A stretch of DNA of 64,000 nt from Candidatus Bathyarchaeota archaeon (lineage in GTDB: Archaea > Thermoproteota > Bathyarchaeia > Bathyarchaeales > Bathycorpusculaceae). The stretch spans positions 960,001 to 1,024,000 of the forward strand of contig OY970340.1 in assembly GCA_963717465.1 (NCBI GenBank), read 5' to 3'. Below are positions 22,546 through 33,349 of this stretch, piece after piece. Within the stretch, counting starts at the first letter, position 1, and each line of letters starts with the position of its first letter. Position numbers and translations under genes: made by a program. The notes beneath the pieces are model-generated. The model had not been told where the DNA came from. It searched no databases and saw only the letters and a list, made by a program, of their open reading frames with translations.

Positions 22546-22944
22546 TTACTGCCAGATTCTTTTCACCCAATCAATTCTATCGAAATCCTTATCATTAGAA
22601 TAGATTTCGGTGATTTCATATTTCTTCATGATTTGAAGTGAAAGTGAATCAACAAAATCTATCTGCTTATCGCTGACATCTTTCAGAGCTGGAATAAAAC
22701 TATCCCATAAACTCCCAAGTTTATCCAAGGATAAATAAGAATTTATTGCCAAAAGAAAAGTGTGAACTTCTTTTTTGCGGTTATTATACTCTAACCAATC
22801 CACAACTTCCTGGATTACGGCTGTGCTTGTGGCTGCCTGCTCACCTTTTTCGATTCGCTCAAGAATTTTCCGAGAAATTTCAAAGTCTTCTTTAGGAGAT
22901 TTGATTAGGGTATAGATGAAAACGTTCGCATCTACAAACCGCAT
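22546..22944 (-). CDS. vapC: VapC PIN-domain toxin
   Basis: FVDANVFIY, VIQEV, DFVD, IYSNDKDFD. Confidence 0.9.
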   Translation of the reverse strand: MRFVDANVFIYTLIKSPKEDFEISRKILERIEKGEQAATSTAVIQEVVDWLEYNNRKKEVHTFLLAINSYLSLDKLGSLWDSFIPALKDVSDKQIDFVDSLSLQIMKKYEITEIYSNDKDFDRIDWVKRIWQ

Positions 22945-23215
22945 CTATTGCTTCGCCCTTCGAGTTTTCTTTTTCACTCTGGATGCAGCAGCTTTTCTTT
23001 AATTCATCCTTTATGGGTTCAACTGCTTGTACTTCTGATGCTAATCCAATGAGTGCTTCTGTTGGATTGGCTATTGTATTAGGCGGGAACAGTACTAGTT
23101 TGTTGTTTATTATTTGGAATTCAATTTTGTCGCCTTCTTTAATGTCCAATTTTTGTCTTATGCCAGCGGGTATGGTGATTTTTCCTTTTTGAAGGACTCT
23201 TGCTTGTTCACCCAA
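22945..23215 (-). CDS. AbrB/MazE-family antitoxin, frameshifted near the C-terminus
   Basis: KGKITIPAGIRQKLDIKEGD; directly upstream of vapC. Confidence 0.85.
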
Positions 23216-23389
23216 ATAAATCACCCAATAAATATAATCTAATTTGGTTACCTAAAAAGATTATCTATCATTAACTTATCACTTAAAACCTAATATAGGT
23301 TCCTCAAATGCACCCATAGCTTCCCTCATCCTGAAAGATTATCTGGCTGTATTACCCCTTAATAAAAAAGAAATTTGTTGGTGAATTGG

Positions 23390-23584
23390 ATGAGCGAATG
23401 CCCAAATCTGAAAACCAACTTAGCAGATTGCCCATGCACTTACTCATGCAGCTCGAAGGGTAAATGTTGCGAATGTATAAGAAGCCACAGAGAACATGAT
23501 GAACTTCCAGCCTGCTACTTTTCTCCTGAAGTAGAAAAAACCTATGACAGATCAATAAGAAGATTCATAACGCTCCACAAGTAA
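23390..23584 (+). CDS. Small Cys-rich protein (DUF6485-like)
   Basis: [23 protein letters not shown]...TYDRS. Confidence 0.7.
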   Translation: MSECPNLKTNLADCPCTYSCSSKGKCCECIRSHREHDELPACYFSPEVEKTYDRSIRRFITLHK

Positions 23585-23775
23585 CAATATTGCGCCGCTA
23601 AGACATCTGCTCATTTGGGATATGTGTGGGACTAAAACAATGCTGCTAGGCAATACTTGTCCTTTTTCTTCCGCACCAGTAAATAGCCAGCAAAATAAGA
23701 GACTTTTCACACAATCTCAACAGCATACGCCTAATCAATAAATCTGCCAATTGTTTGCTTATAGTAAATCGTAGT

Positions 23776-24090
23776 TTATTTTAATCCTTCAAGTAGTGCT
23801 TTTATTGTGCCTGAAGCCGCTAAAACATTGACTGATGCATCCTTACCAGTTATCTTGGTTATCGAGGCTAAACAGGCTCTAACCAAATTAACGGTTTCAA
23901 GGGATGTACGAATAACAACGATTTTTCGGTCTGCATCAAAATTAATCAGTGCTAAACTCGTTAAACTTGCCCCAACTTCACCGTAAAGCTTGGTAACTGA
24001 ACCCCACAATGCATCCATTAATTCTTTTTCGCTTGGTATCCCTTCAACCTCAAGCTGCAATGCAAGGTAACGACGTTTAGTACGTTTCAA
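23776..24090 (-). CDS. rnp2: RNase P protein Pop5/Rpp14
   Basis: KRRYLA, LYGEVG, SGTIKAL; operon context. Confidence 0.85.
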   Translation of the reverse strand: MKRTKRRYLALQLEVEGIPSEKELMDALWGSVTKLYGEVGASLTSLALINFDADRKIVVIRTSLETVNLVRACLASITKITGKDASVNVLAASGTIKALLEGLK

Positions 24091-24821
24091 CAGTCTTTTC
24101 CTTCTTTAACTACTCGTATTCCAGGAGCAATAAAATCGCGCTTTAGCTTTTCACGGTTACGCTTAACAATTTTCAAGGGTAATGTTGAAACTGCATCCAA
24201 CGCGTTAACTTCATCTAAGCCGAAAAGAAAGCTTAAACTTGCCATATCCCTTGGCATTCTCATAAACCGCTCTTCTCCGACTCCGCTTGAAAGAATAATG
24301 GGTATATGAAATTCTTTGGCGATGCTGATTTCTCGGCGCAAACTCATCAGAAACCTGTTCGAGCTGGGCCTTCCAAAACCAATAATGGTTTAACATCGAC
24401 TTCTAACGCGGCTAAACTGTTGCTGGCTAACTCAGCTTCAGACCTGTCAAAAAAGCGTTTATGATAATCAAAGGATGGAAAATTCAACAAGTCAACACGC
24501 CTGTCTTTTGCAGCTTGGCGTGCAACCTCTTTGCTTTCACAAACAACCGCCGATCATCTCGTATTTGCGCCTGAGTCTTCGAAGATTTTGGGTTAAATCA
24601 TCAGGTGATCTTGGACGCAAATCCACGCGTGAAACAAAATCTATTCCTGCATGGCTGCATGTTTCTTTTATTTCTTCTACTTCTTTTTGAGGTATTTCAA
24701 AATTGAATGGGATTGAAATAACATTGTATCCTAAAGTCGCCGCTTTGTTGATTAAACGTTTAGTCGTTTGTGGGTCTTTTGGGTTAGCGTGTAAGTGTAA
24801 GTCTGCAAAGCACCTAGTCAT
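24087..24821 (-). CDS. rnp3: RNase P protein Rpp30, frameshifted
   Basis: FADLHL, RVDL, PIILSSG..MRMPRDM, FIAPGIRVV. Confidence 0.85.
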
Positions 24822-25267
24822 GGTAGTAACCCAGTTTTCCTGCAAATTTCAACTATTTCATTAAAAGTTTTGTTTTTAAAATGAATTTTAATATGAATCG
24901 GGTCATTCTGAGCAAACTTGTATGTTCCCGTATATGCTGATTGCTTATCAAAACGCAAGTAAAGATTTCGTTTTTCTAAATGCAGGTTCAAATCATGATC
25001 AAGCGTTTCCTTATCCAACGCTGATAAGCCTGCAGCAATTTTTTCAAGCAGGTTTGGAAGCGCTTTTTTATCCGTTAATGAAGAATTAAAAAGAATGATG
25101 GGGTTTCCATGATGCCCTGTTAAATCGTTTTTTTCAAAAACGGCGGTTTGAGCTAAATCATCCGATAGCAAATTGCGCACTGCGTTTAGGACTTTCTCTA
25201 GGTCTTCGGTTGCGTGTGCAAATACTCTAATGTCAACGTAATCTATTGGTGGTTTAGAAGAAGACAT
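24818..25267 (-). CDS. DUF54 / exosome-associated RNA-binding protein
   Basis: HATEDLEKV, GHHGNPI, LYLRFDKQ. Confidence 0.85.
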   Translation of the reverse strand: MSSSKPPIDYVDIRVFAHATEDLEKVLNAVRNLLSDDLAQTAVFEKNDLTGHHGNPIILFNSSLTDKKALPNLLEKIAAGLSALDKETLDHDLNLHLEKRNLYLRFDKQSAYTGTYKFAQNDPIHIKIHFKNKTFNEIVEICRKTGLLP

Positions 25268-25293
25268 TGTATACCGATTTTGTTTGGCTACTT

Positions 25294-25558
25294 CTAGCTT
25301 TTAGCTTTTTTTCTCGTTTTAGTATCAGCGGCTGGTTTAGGTTCAAGTTTAGCTTGGGCTTCAGCTTTTGACGCATGTGATTTTATTGTTTCAACATTCT
25401 CGTCATGCAATGTTTTTCGTCTGTAATCGATTGGTAAGCCTAATCGTTTAGCTTGCAGTTTATTTACGCCTGCTTTTTCAAGCTCATTTGGGCTAAATCC
25501 TCTGCCTTTTCGCTGTTGTTTCATCCTGTTTAAGTATCATGGGTTTTATATGGTGCAT
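25294..25558 (-). CDS. rpl13e: 50S ribosomal protein L13e, frameshifted near the start
   Basis: RKGRGFS..EL..AG, LPIDYRRKT.H.EN. Confidence 0.9.
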
Positions 25559-25559
25559 T

Positions 25560-26134
25560 CTACTTTGCTCCTTTTCGTTTGCTTGGTCTAAATTTTTCTG
25601 CTCCTATGCCTCTGTGTCTTAAGCTTCTGACTTTTTTGCCGGCGCTTGTCATGCTTCTGAAAACGCGGCTTGTGTGTTGCTTTTCAGTTATCCAGCTTAA
25701 CATCTTTGTCTGTTTTTATCACTGGACTGTTTGGATCAAGCAGTATGACTTCAAACCATTTGAGATCGTCCATCTTCGCCTACCCAATAACTGTTTAAGA
25801 CTTCCAAGTTCGGAAACTTTTTTCCTGTTCGTTCCTCAGCGATAAGCCTTAAACTCTTAGCGGGCTTAAATTTGGCGACACCCATGCGTTTGGGGCGTCT
25901 TCCTGACCTTGGACGCTGTTTACGTAATCCACCACGTCTAACTTTTGTTCGTGCCATCACGAAGCCTTGTTTTGCTTTGTAGCCTAATTTTCTTGCTTTG
26001 TCAAGTCTTGTGGGTCTTTCAATGCGTATAACTGTTGGTTGTTTTCTCCAAAGAACCAGTCTTTCTCGCATTAGTTCTTCGACAAAGGAGTTTTCTGGTT
26101 TTGACCATTCTTCTGCAATATACTTGTATGCCAT
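25560..26134 (-). CDS. rpl15e: 50S ribosomal protein L15e, frameshifted near 25765
   Basis: [37 protein letters not shown]. Confidence 0.95.
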
Positions 26135-26531
26135 TTTTTTACCTCTCAGTTTATGCTTACGGTTCAGCCTTTCGGCCACATCCCAGCGGACATGATTATC
26201 CGCCTGCAGAATCCATCATAGCCTAAGGGAGTAAAATAAACCTTTCCAAGAAATGTCATGTTTGAAACTGTTGTACCTGCTTGTTTTAGGCTTGGATATG
26301 AGACTTTTTTTAGCTTTTTGGCTTTATCTTCAGTAATGTATGGGTATTTGAAAAGCCTCTTTTTGATTATTGCCAGTTGGACGAAAGGTTCTTAAGGTAT
26401 TAGGCATCTTCTAAACGGCAAGAAATAGGCAGATTGCGACTGCCCATTCACGGTAACGGCCAGTTTCCCATAGCGATGCTGGTCTGACCATCTGAAAAGG
26501 TTAAAATAGTCCGATGAAGAGGTGAAAAGAT

Positions 26532-26859
26532 ATGGAAAACATTTACGCTGCGATGCTCCTTCACAAGGCAGGAAAAGAAATAAACGAAGAAACAGTAACA
26601 AGCGTTTTAACAGCAGCCGGCATCAACTGTTGATGCAGTGCAGGTTAAAGCGTTAGTAGCTTCCCTTAGCGAAGTAAACATTGATGAAGCAATAAAAGCC
26701 GCTCCGACAATGATGGCAGCAGCTCCAGTAGCAGCTCCAGCAGCAGGCGGCGCGCCAGAACAGAAAGCAGCAGCTCCAGAAGACAAGAAGAAGAAAGCTG
26801 AAGAAGAAAAAGCCAAAGAAGAAGCAGCGCTGGAAGGATTAGGCGCCCTATTCGGGTAA
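26532..26859 (+). CDS. rpl12: Ribosomal stalk protein P1/L12, frameshifted near 26625
   Basis: [20 protein letters not shown]...VKALVASL...Ala-rich hinge...[18 protein letters not shown]. Confidence 0.95.
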
Positions 26860-26864
26860 AAGCC

Positions 26865-28064
26865 TCAATTTACTTTAACTTTTATTTTTCCCAAATAAAC
26901 AAAAACTGATTCGTTGGGTTCTTCTAAGGATTCTGAAAAACTTTTAGGTTCAACCTTATTCTCGTTCGGCAACGAATCCTGTTTAGGTTGAGTGTTATTC
27001 TTTTGTTTGCGTTTCTGGTAGTATAAAGCAACAGCAACTACAGGTAACCAACCTGTCATTATACATACCGTGGCTGGAAATCCGTGCAATATTGAAAAAA
27101 TTATCTATGGTTGGTAAGAAGAGCTCCCAGATTCCAAAAGCTACTGCTATAACAAAGGCTGTAATATAAGCGGTTCTTTTGCCAAATTTCTTCAACGTTT
27201 GAATCGTAAGAATACCCGCAAAGAAAAAGTCCCCTAAACCAAGACCAATAGGTTCAAAACCACCTATCGTCGTGTACGGGTAATTGGCAGGGGCGTGGAT
27301 AAGTGGTATTATGGGTAACCAAAGCAATACTGGCAGTCCCGCTCCGCTGAATGTCTCTGCGGCTTTAACCATCGGACCAGAGAACACCAAGATAACGTCA
27401 AGAGCCGTTAGGAGACCTGCAAACAGACCAACAGTCTTCCAAGTGAATAATGATGACAAATAGAGAATAATAAGTAAGGCAAATGTAAAGGCAAATACAT
27501 CAAGCAGAAATGGGAACCATAAATCGACGCCGCCAGCATAAAATACGTTGAAGAGTGCAAAAAGCAAAATGAAAAACACTGTCGGTTGAATTGCAATATA
27601 CCATCTTTCTTTGGTCTGGGCATTGCGTTTTTGATCAACTACTAGAATGGCAAAGCAGAAACCAGCGAGAACCAAAAAATGCAGCAGACCGGTAAATCGC
27701 AATTTTGTCAGCAACTGAGCTCAACAAGCTTACGACTGCAAAAATCAGGCTTGCAGCGCCAAAAAATCCTGAAATTAATTGCACTTTCTTCTTTTTGCCG
27801 TCTGAAAAAACATACGCAATCGTAAAAAGCAGTATCGAGTAGGCGATTACAAAGAATGTTACGAAGATGTTCGTGAATAAATCCGCAGGGTTGTACATCG
27901 CTGATACTGCAATAATTACTATAATAACCGCCATTGCAGCAACCAGCATTAAAATGTCTCTTCGGCTAAACTCCTTCTCCTCAACAGTGCTCTTCAACTT
28001 ATTTTCCACACGATCGTTAAGAAACAGAGCCGCCAAGATCACGCCTAATAACACAATCGGCATG
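26865..28064 (-). CDS. Presenilin/signal-peptide-peptidase-like GxGD intramembrane protease, frameshifted
   Basis: Multi-TM; ALDVILVF, GLGLGDF, FPAT (PAL-like) across three ORFs. Confidence 0.75.
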
Positions 28065-28154
28065 CCAATATCGACATATACCACGAGCATAAAAGCAAAG
28101 TAACCAAACCAACATTTATTCATTTAGCCAATCTTAACTAAAAGCCAAGGAAAA

Positions 28155-29009
28155 TCATCCTTGGAAGTCAATATTGAAGACTGCCAGGGTGGCTAAAATT
28201 GCCTCCTCTGTTCGAACCGTCGCTGTGCCTTGATTGGGAATCGTATTAACAATAAAATCGACTTTATCCTGCAGTTTCACCCCTTCATCTTTAACAATTT
28301 CGTGCAAACCTCGTGTGGGCGGTCCAAACGCTACAAGAACATGTTTAGCGGTTGACCATTTTTCACCTATTTTTTCCCACACCTGCAGGAAACTTTTGCC
28401 TTTCTTGGAGGTTGCAATTGTTAAATCAAAATTTCCCCTCTCCAGAAGCTTTACGAAAGACTGTTTCTCAACAAGGACTCTGAATCCCCAGTATTCAGCT
28501 ATGTCCTCGCGGTTTACGGCTTGAACTTCCACTGATTCCCCAACCTTCAACGCCTGCAAAGTTAAACGTTCACCAACGGAGAACTGCTGCTCTCTCAAAA
28601 GCGCTGGATGGTCGACTCCGATATCCACCAGCAGTCCTTCTTTTGACTGGGATAAAACTATGCCTTCACGGTACTCACCCACCTTCAAATCCACAATTTT
28701 GCCGCTTAACGGGTGATGCGGCGTACGCAACGGAGGCAAAATACCCGCAAACTGCAAGTCAGGCTCCAACTTGTAAAGTCGCTTGCGTAAATATTGAGGG
28801 GTCTCCAAGTAATTCAGCAAAAGAGCAATAAACTCTAAATCCTTTCTTTGATCAACCTTCAAATTATCAGAGTAAATGTAGATTTCATCCACTCCGAAAA
28901 TTGCGGCTGCCCGACCGATTAAGCCTATTTTCGACGTTTTTTCTCGCAAATGAGGTGTATCAGAAATAACGGAGGCTGGAATAGCAATAGCAAGTTTTTT
29001 TTGCATCAT
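28155..29009 (-). CDS. SPOUT-class RNA methyltransferase (DUF171)
   Basis: IAIPAS, ETPQYLRK, PPLRTPHH, NTIPNQGTATVRTEEA. Confidence 0.9.
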   Translation of the reverse strand: MMQKKLAIAIPASVISDTPHLREKTSKIGLIGRAAAIFGVDEIYIYSDNLKVDQRKDLEFIALLLNYLETPQYLRKRLYKLEPDLQFAGILPPLRTPHHPLSGKIVDLKVGEYREGIVLSQSKEGLLVDIGVDHPALLREQQFSVGERLTLQALKVGESVEVQAVNREDIAEYWGFRVLVEKQSFVKLLERGNFDLTIATSKKGKSFLQVWEKIGEKWSTAKHVLVAFGPPTRGLHEIVKDEGVKLQDKVDFIVNTIPNQGTATVRTEEAILATLAVFNIDFQG

Positions 29010-29100
29010 TTTGTTCGCCTTTATGATCAGGTGTTATTATATGTACGTTCAGCTTAAAAGTCTGGGATGCGATATAAAACTGCGGGTTACCCCTCGAGGA

Positions 29101-30213
29101 ATGAAGTTGGCAACACCCATTTTAGATGACAATAAAAAAATAAATTCAGTTGATAAGAGTAGTATGCTTGCTTTCTGCACTGATATGGCAAAGCATTACC
29201 TTGACTCTTCAAAGACTGCAAACTCCATTAAAATTAGCTATCCAAAGCCTGATAATATAATAATTGCTGGCATGGGCGGCTCGGCAATCGGTGGCGATCT
29301 ACTGAAAGATTGGGCAAGAAACAAAACAAAAGTGCCCATCGAAGTAAGCCGAGAATACCATCTTCCAGCCTACGCAAACAAAAAAACCCTTGTGTTAATA
29401 ACCAGCTATTCGGGCGACACGGAAGAATCCTTAAGCGCTTTTCTTGACGCCATAAAAAAGAAATGCATGGTTTTCTGCGTCAGTTCAGGCGGTGACCTGC
29501 TTAAATATGCAGAGAAATTCAAGCTTCCGTGTGTGCAGGTCAAAGGCGGCATGCCTCCCCGGGCAGCGCTTCCTCACCTTTTTGCTCCATTGCTTTCTGT
29601 TTTTGAGAAAATGGGCTTGGTTGAAGATGCAAAACAAGAGTTTTCTGAAGCTGTCACAGTACTAAAACAAGTGTGCAGTGACAATTCACCAAATAAGCCT
29701 TCAAAAGAGAACCCAGCTAAAACCTTAGCCGCTAACATTAATGGGACTGCTCCATTGGTTTACGGTTTTGGGTTTTATCGCAGCGTAGCTCAACGTTTCA
29801 AGCAGCAATTCAATGAAAACTGCAAGATTCCTGCAAAATGGGAGTTTTTCCCTGAGCTTGACCATAACGAGATTGTTGGTTGGGAAAAATCAGGCGACCT
29901 TTCACCATATTTCTCCGCGATTTTCATCAGGGACAAGGCTGAACCCGTTGAAATTCGAAGCAGAATTGAAACTACCCAAAAAATTATGCAACCTACTGGG
30001 GTAAAAATGCTTGAAGTGCAAAGCCGTGGCGAAAGCATACTGGCAAAAATGCTTTCAACCATATGCATCGGTGACTTTACAAGCGTATATCTGTCAGTTT
30101 TACGCGGAGTTGACCCAACACCAGTTGAAACGATAACTCATCTGAAAACATCCCTTCAAGAGAATGGGGTGAAAAAGAAAATTCTAAGCGAACTCAGCAG
30201 CATAAAAGCTTAA
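29101..30213 (+). CDS. Bifunctional phosphoglucose/phosphomannose isomerase
   Basis: GMGGSAIGG, SYSGDTEE, PPRAA, FNENCK, PELDHNE. Confidence 0.9.
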   Translation: MKLATPILDDNKKINSVDKSSMLAFCTDMAKHYLDSSKTANSIKISYPKPDNIIIAGMGGSAIGGDLLKDWARNKTKVPIEVSREYHLPAYANKKTLVLITSYSGDTEESLSAFLDAIKKKCMVFCVSSGGDLLKYAEKFKLPCVQVKGGMPPRAALPHLFAPLLSVFEKMGLVEDAKQEFSEAVTVLKQVCSDNSPNKPSKENPAKTLAANINGTAPLVYGFGFYRSVAQRFKQQFNENCKIPAKWEFFPELDHNEIVGWEKSGDLSPYFSAIFIRDKAEPVEIRSRIETTQKIMQPTGVKMLEVQSRGESILAKMLSTICIGDFTSVYLSVLRGVDPTPVETITHLKTSLQENGVKKKILSELSSIKA

Positions 30214-31274
30214 GCGTTTTCAGCGATGAACTTTGCGAATTCGTCCTCAGCAGTTTCGATTGAAACTAGGTGTGGTGGATGTTTAAATCCGTAAGCGCAG
30301 ATTGGCGCTACTGGTCCGTTGAGTTTCTTGTTTAAGGCGATTTTAACTGCTCTGACAACATCGAATAGTACGCTGCCTGCGTTTGGTGCGTCAACTGTTG
30401 AAAACTTGAGGTCGATTTTTAATGGTGCATTGCAGAAGTATACGCCGCTTATCCAGAAGTAACTGTCTCGTTTGTTTTGAAGAAAATCAACATAATCCGT
30501 GGAGCCAGCAACTACTTCCGTCTTGTAAGGCAATGAAGCTGACACTGATTCAGTCTTAATCGCACGTTTAACGTCACGTGTGCGCTCATGCGTATCCGCA
30601 GATTCTGTTCCCCCACCTACATCCAACTGGTAAGTCTCATTAATTCGCACGCCATTCATAGACAAAAGCTTCAGCAATGTTTTATGCAACGCAGTTGATC
30701 CCGCTTGATCAACCAAGTCATCTCCGACAAGAGGAAGCTTTGCTGTTTCAAACCGTTTTGTCCACGAAGGATCGCTTGCAATAAAATTAGGCGTTGCATT
30801 AACGAACGCGCATCCAGCTGCTATTGCTTGTTCAGCATAATATTTTGTGGCATTCGTCGCCCCACTTGGAAGCAAATTAACCATGACTTCAGCGCCTGAA
30901 TCCTTTAGGATTTTAGCAATGTTAGAGTCTGGTTTACTGCTAACTTGAACCATGGCTTGCGTTGATTTCCCAACACCATCAAGCAGCGGCCCCTTGTTAA
31001 CAATCACACCCTTCACTGAAACTGGGTCACATACTCTTGGAGCGTTATTTGGCTTTGCAAAAATTGCTTCTGAGAGGTCTTTGCCCACTTTTCGTTCATC
31101 AACATCTAAAGCAGCAACAACCTGAATATCTTTCGGGGTCATACCAGCTAACGTTGGGTTGCGAAGTCCAATTGCATCTTTTTCACTTTTAATATTGCCA
31201 TAGTACTGTAAGCCTTGAATAAAGGCTGAAGCGCAGTTCCCAACGCCCACCAATGCAACTTTAACCTTAACCAA
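30210..31274 (-). CDS. ino1: Myo-inositol-1-phosphate synthase family protein
   Basis: VGVGNCAS, FVNATP, VGDD, YQLDVGG, DAPNAG. Confidence 0.85.
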   Translation of the reverse strand: MVKVKVALVGVGNCASAFIQGLQYYGNIKSEKDAIGLRNPTLAGMTPKDIQVVAALDVDERKVGKDLSEAIFAKPNNAPRVCDPVSVKGVIVNKGPLLDGVGKSTQAMVQVSSKPDSNIAKILKDSGAEVMVNLLPSGATNATKYYAEQAIAAGCAFVNATPNFIASDPSWTKRFETAKLPLVGDDLVDQAGSTALHKTLLKLLSMNGVRINETYQLDVGGGTESADTHERTRDVKRAIKTESVSASLPYKTEVVAGSTDYVDFLQNKRDSYFWISGVYFCNAPLKIDLKFSTVDAPNAGSVLFDVVRAVKIALNKKLNGPVAPICAYGFKHPPHLVSIETAEDEFAKFIAENA

Positions 31275-31502
31275 TTAATGGCACCTGCTGGCTTTTCCTT
31301 AGATACATTGTATTATAAAAAGTTACGTAGTAGTGAGAGCAGTTTTTGGGCCAAAATATTTAGTTGCTTGGAATAAATTGCCTATTTTCCCAATTTGTAG
31401 TGTCAATTGAGGTATAAGCAGTTTAAGTTGTTAAAGTCTGCTTTTCATTATGGCAACGTTTTAATTGCTAGCAGCATCTAAGCTAAAAAAAGGGTAACAA
31501 AA

Positions 31503-33269
31503 TTGAGCGACGAATTCAAAAGCCAGAAGAATCTCGATAAATTCACTGCAATCAATGAGTTAGCTAAACGTAGAGGTTTTTTCTGGTCATCATTTGAAAT
31601 TTACGGTGGAAGCGGCGGATTCGTAAGTTACGGTCCGCTGGGCACACGATTGAAACAGAATATTGAGGCTAAGCTTCGAGAGCTTTTTGTTAAACAAATC
31701 GGAATTTTCGAAATGGAGTCCTCAGTGATTGCTCCAGGCAAAGTTTTTGAAGCTTCAGGGCACGTGGATCACTTTAAGGAGCCGATGGTTGAATGTCAAA
31801 ACTGCCATACTCGTTTCCGCGCGGATCATTTAATTGAAGAAGGTGCGAAAGTAAGCTCTGCAGACGCAGAAAAAATGAGCCTTGAAGAAATTAAGGAAGT
31901 CATCGAGAAAAACGCAATAGTCTGCCCAGACTGCAAAGGCCCGTTCGGTGAACCTCAAAGATACTTAACCATGTTTGAGACAACTATAGGGCCATACTCA
32001 GGCGCAATTGGTTACGGCAGACCTGAGGCGGCACAAAACATTTTCGTGGAGTTTAATCGGCTCTACAATGCAGCGCGTGAAAAGCTTCCATTCGGAGTAA
32101 TTCAAATTGGACATGCATTACGTAATGAAATTTCGCCAAGGCAAGGTTTGATTAGGCTGCGAGAATTCACTATTGCTGATTTAGAATTCTTTTTTGACCC
32201 TGAAGAGCAAAGCTGCCAAATCCTAAAACAAGTTGAAGATGAGGTTTTGCCGATTTTGCTCTGTGAAACTCGCCTAAAAGACTCTGAAGATACCGTTAAC
32301 GTGACTGTTAGGGAAGCATTGGATAAAAAAATAATCAGGTCAGAATGGCAAGCGTTCTTCATGGCGATGGCTAAGAAACTCTTAATTCAACTTGGCGTAC
32401 CAGCAAGCAAGCAACGCTTCATCGAGAAACTCCCCTGGGAGAAAGCTCACTACTCAAGCCAAAGCTTTGATCAAGAAGTACTCGTTGACAGATGGGGCTG
32501 GGTTGAAGTTTCCGGTCACGCTTACCGAACAGATTTTGACTTAAAAAGTCACATCAAAGCCAGCGGCGTAGACATGACCGTTTACAAGGAATACCCAAAA
32601 CCGGTTGAGAAAGAGGCATTAACGGTTAAGCCGATAATGGCTAAATTTGGACCAGCCTTCAAGAATGAAGCTGCAAAAGTAGCAGCGTTACTTGCACAGG
32701 TTTCGGCGCAGACAGTTTTTGATGCGATGGAGAAGCAAGGTTACTTTGAAGTTGAAAATTTTAAGGTTAACAAGAATCAGGTAGATATAAGCAAGCAAAA
32801 GACGATCGAACGTGGCACTCGTTTCATACCGCATGTTGTTGAACCCAGTTTTGGCTCAGACAGGCTATTCTACGTTACACTTGAATACGCGTACGGAGTG
32901 AAAGATGACCGTGCTGTTCTGAGTTTTCCACGAAGCATTGCACCAATTCAAGTTGGTGTTTACCCGTTAATGAGCAAGGACGGCTTAGACGAGAAAGCAC
33001 TGGAACTGCGTAAAATGCTGGCTAATGAAGGGTTTATGGTCGAGTATGACGAAACGGGCTCGATAGGCAGAAGATACGCGCGGGCTGATGAAGCTGGAAT
33101 TCCATTGGGCGTAACAGTGGACTATGAAACGTTCAAAGATGACACGGTTACTATTCGTGACAGGGATTCTTGGCAGCAGGTCAGAAGCAAAATAAACGAT
33201 TTGCCAAAGCTGCTTAAGCTATATTTTGAAAATAAAGTGAATTTTCAAGATTTAGGGAGACAAATTTAA
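31503..33269 (+). CDS. glyS: Glycine--tRNA ligase
   Basis: KRRGFFW, ASGHVDHF, RNEISPRQGLIRLREF, VEPSFGSDR, SIGRRYARADE. Confidence 0.97.
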   Translation: MSDEFKSQKNLDKFTAINELAKRRGFFWSSFEIYGGSGGFVSYGPLGTRLKQNIEAKLRELFVKQIGIFEMESSVIAPGKVFEASGHVDHFKEPMVECQNCHTRFRADHLIEEGAKVSSADAEKMSLEEIKEVIEKNAIVCPDCKGPFGEPQRYLTMFETTIGPYSGAIGYGRPEAAQNIFVEFNRLYNAAREKLPFGVIQIGHALRNEISPRQGLIRLREFTIADLEFFFDPEEQSCQILKQVEDEVLPILLCETRLKDSEDTVNVTVREALDKKIIRSEWQAFFMAMAKKLLIQLGVPASKQRFIEKLPWEKAHYSSQSFDQEVLVDRWGWVEVSGHAYRTDFDLKSHIKASGVDMTVYKEYPKPVEKEALTVKPIMAKFGPAFKNEAAKVAALLAQVSAQTVFDAMEKQGYFEVENFKVNKNQVDISKQKTIERGTRFIPHVVEPSFGSDRLFYVTLEYAYGVKDDRAVLSFPRSIAPIQVGVYPLMSKDGLDEKALELRKMLANEGFMVEYDETGSIGRRYARADEAGIPLGVTVDYETFKDDTVTIRDRDSWQQVRSKINDLPKLLKLYFENKVNFQDLGRQI

Positions 33270-33349
33270 AACTTCATAGCTATCTTTTTAACACACATGC
33301 AGTAGATAATATTTCACTCGATGATGGTTATTTAGAGAGGGGAAAAAGA

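Noticed and set aside
22546..23301. vapBC module as another A/B-bounded cassette
   Set aside because: No A or B motif found in its flanks; only a short aaccta-ata-taggtt inverted repeat, probably its own operator.
1965..28100. Mass pseudogenisation, programmed frameshifting or Sec/Pyl readthrough
   Set aside because: Breaks are frame changes rather than in-frame stops, hit essential genes and share no common slippery motif; sequencing error is the simpler explanation.
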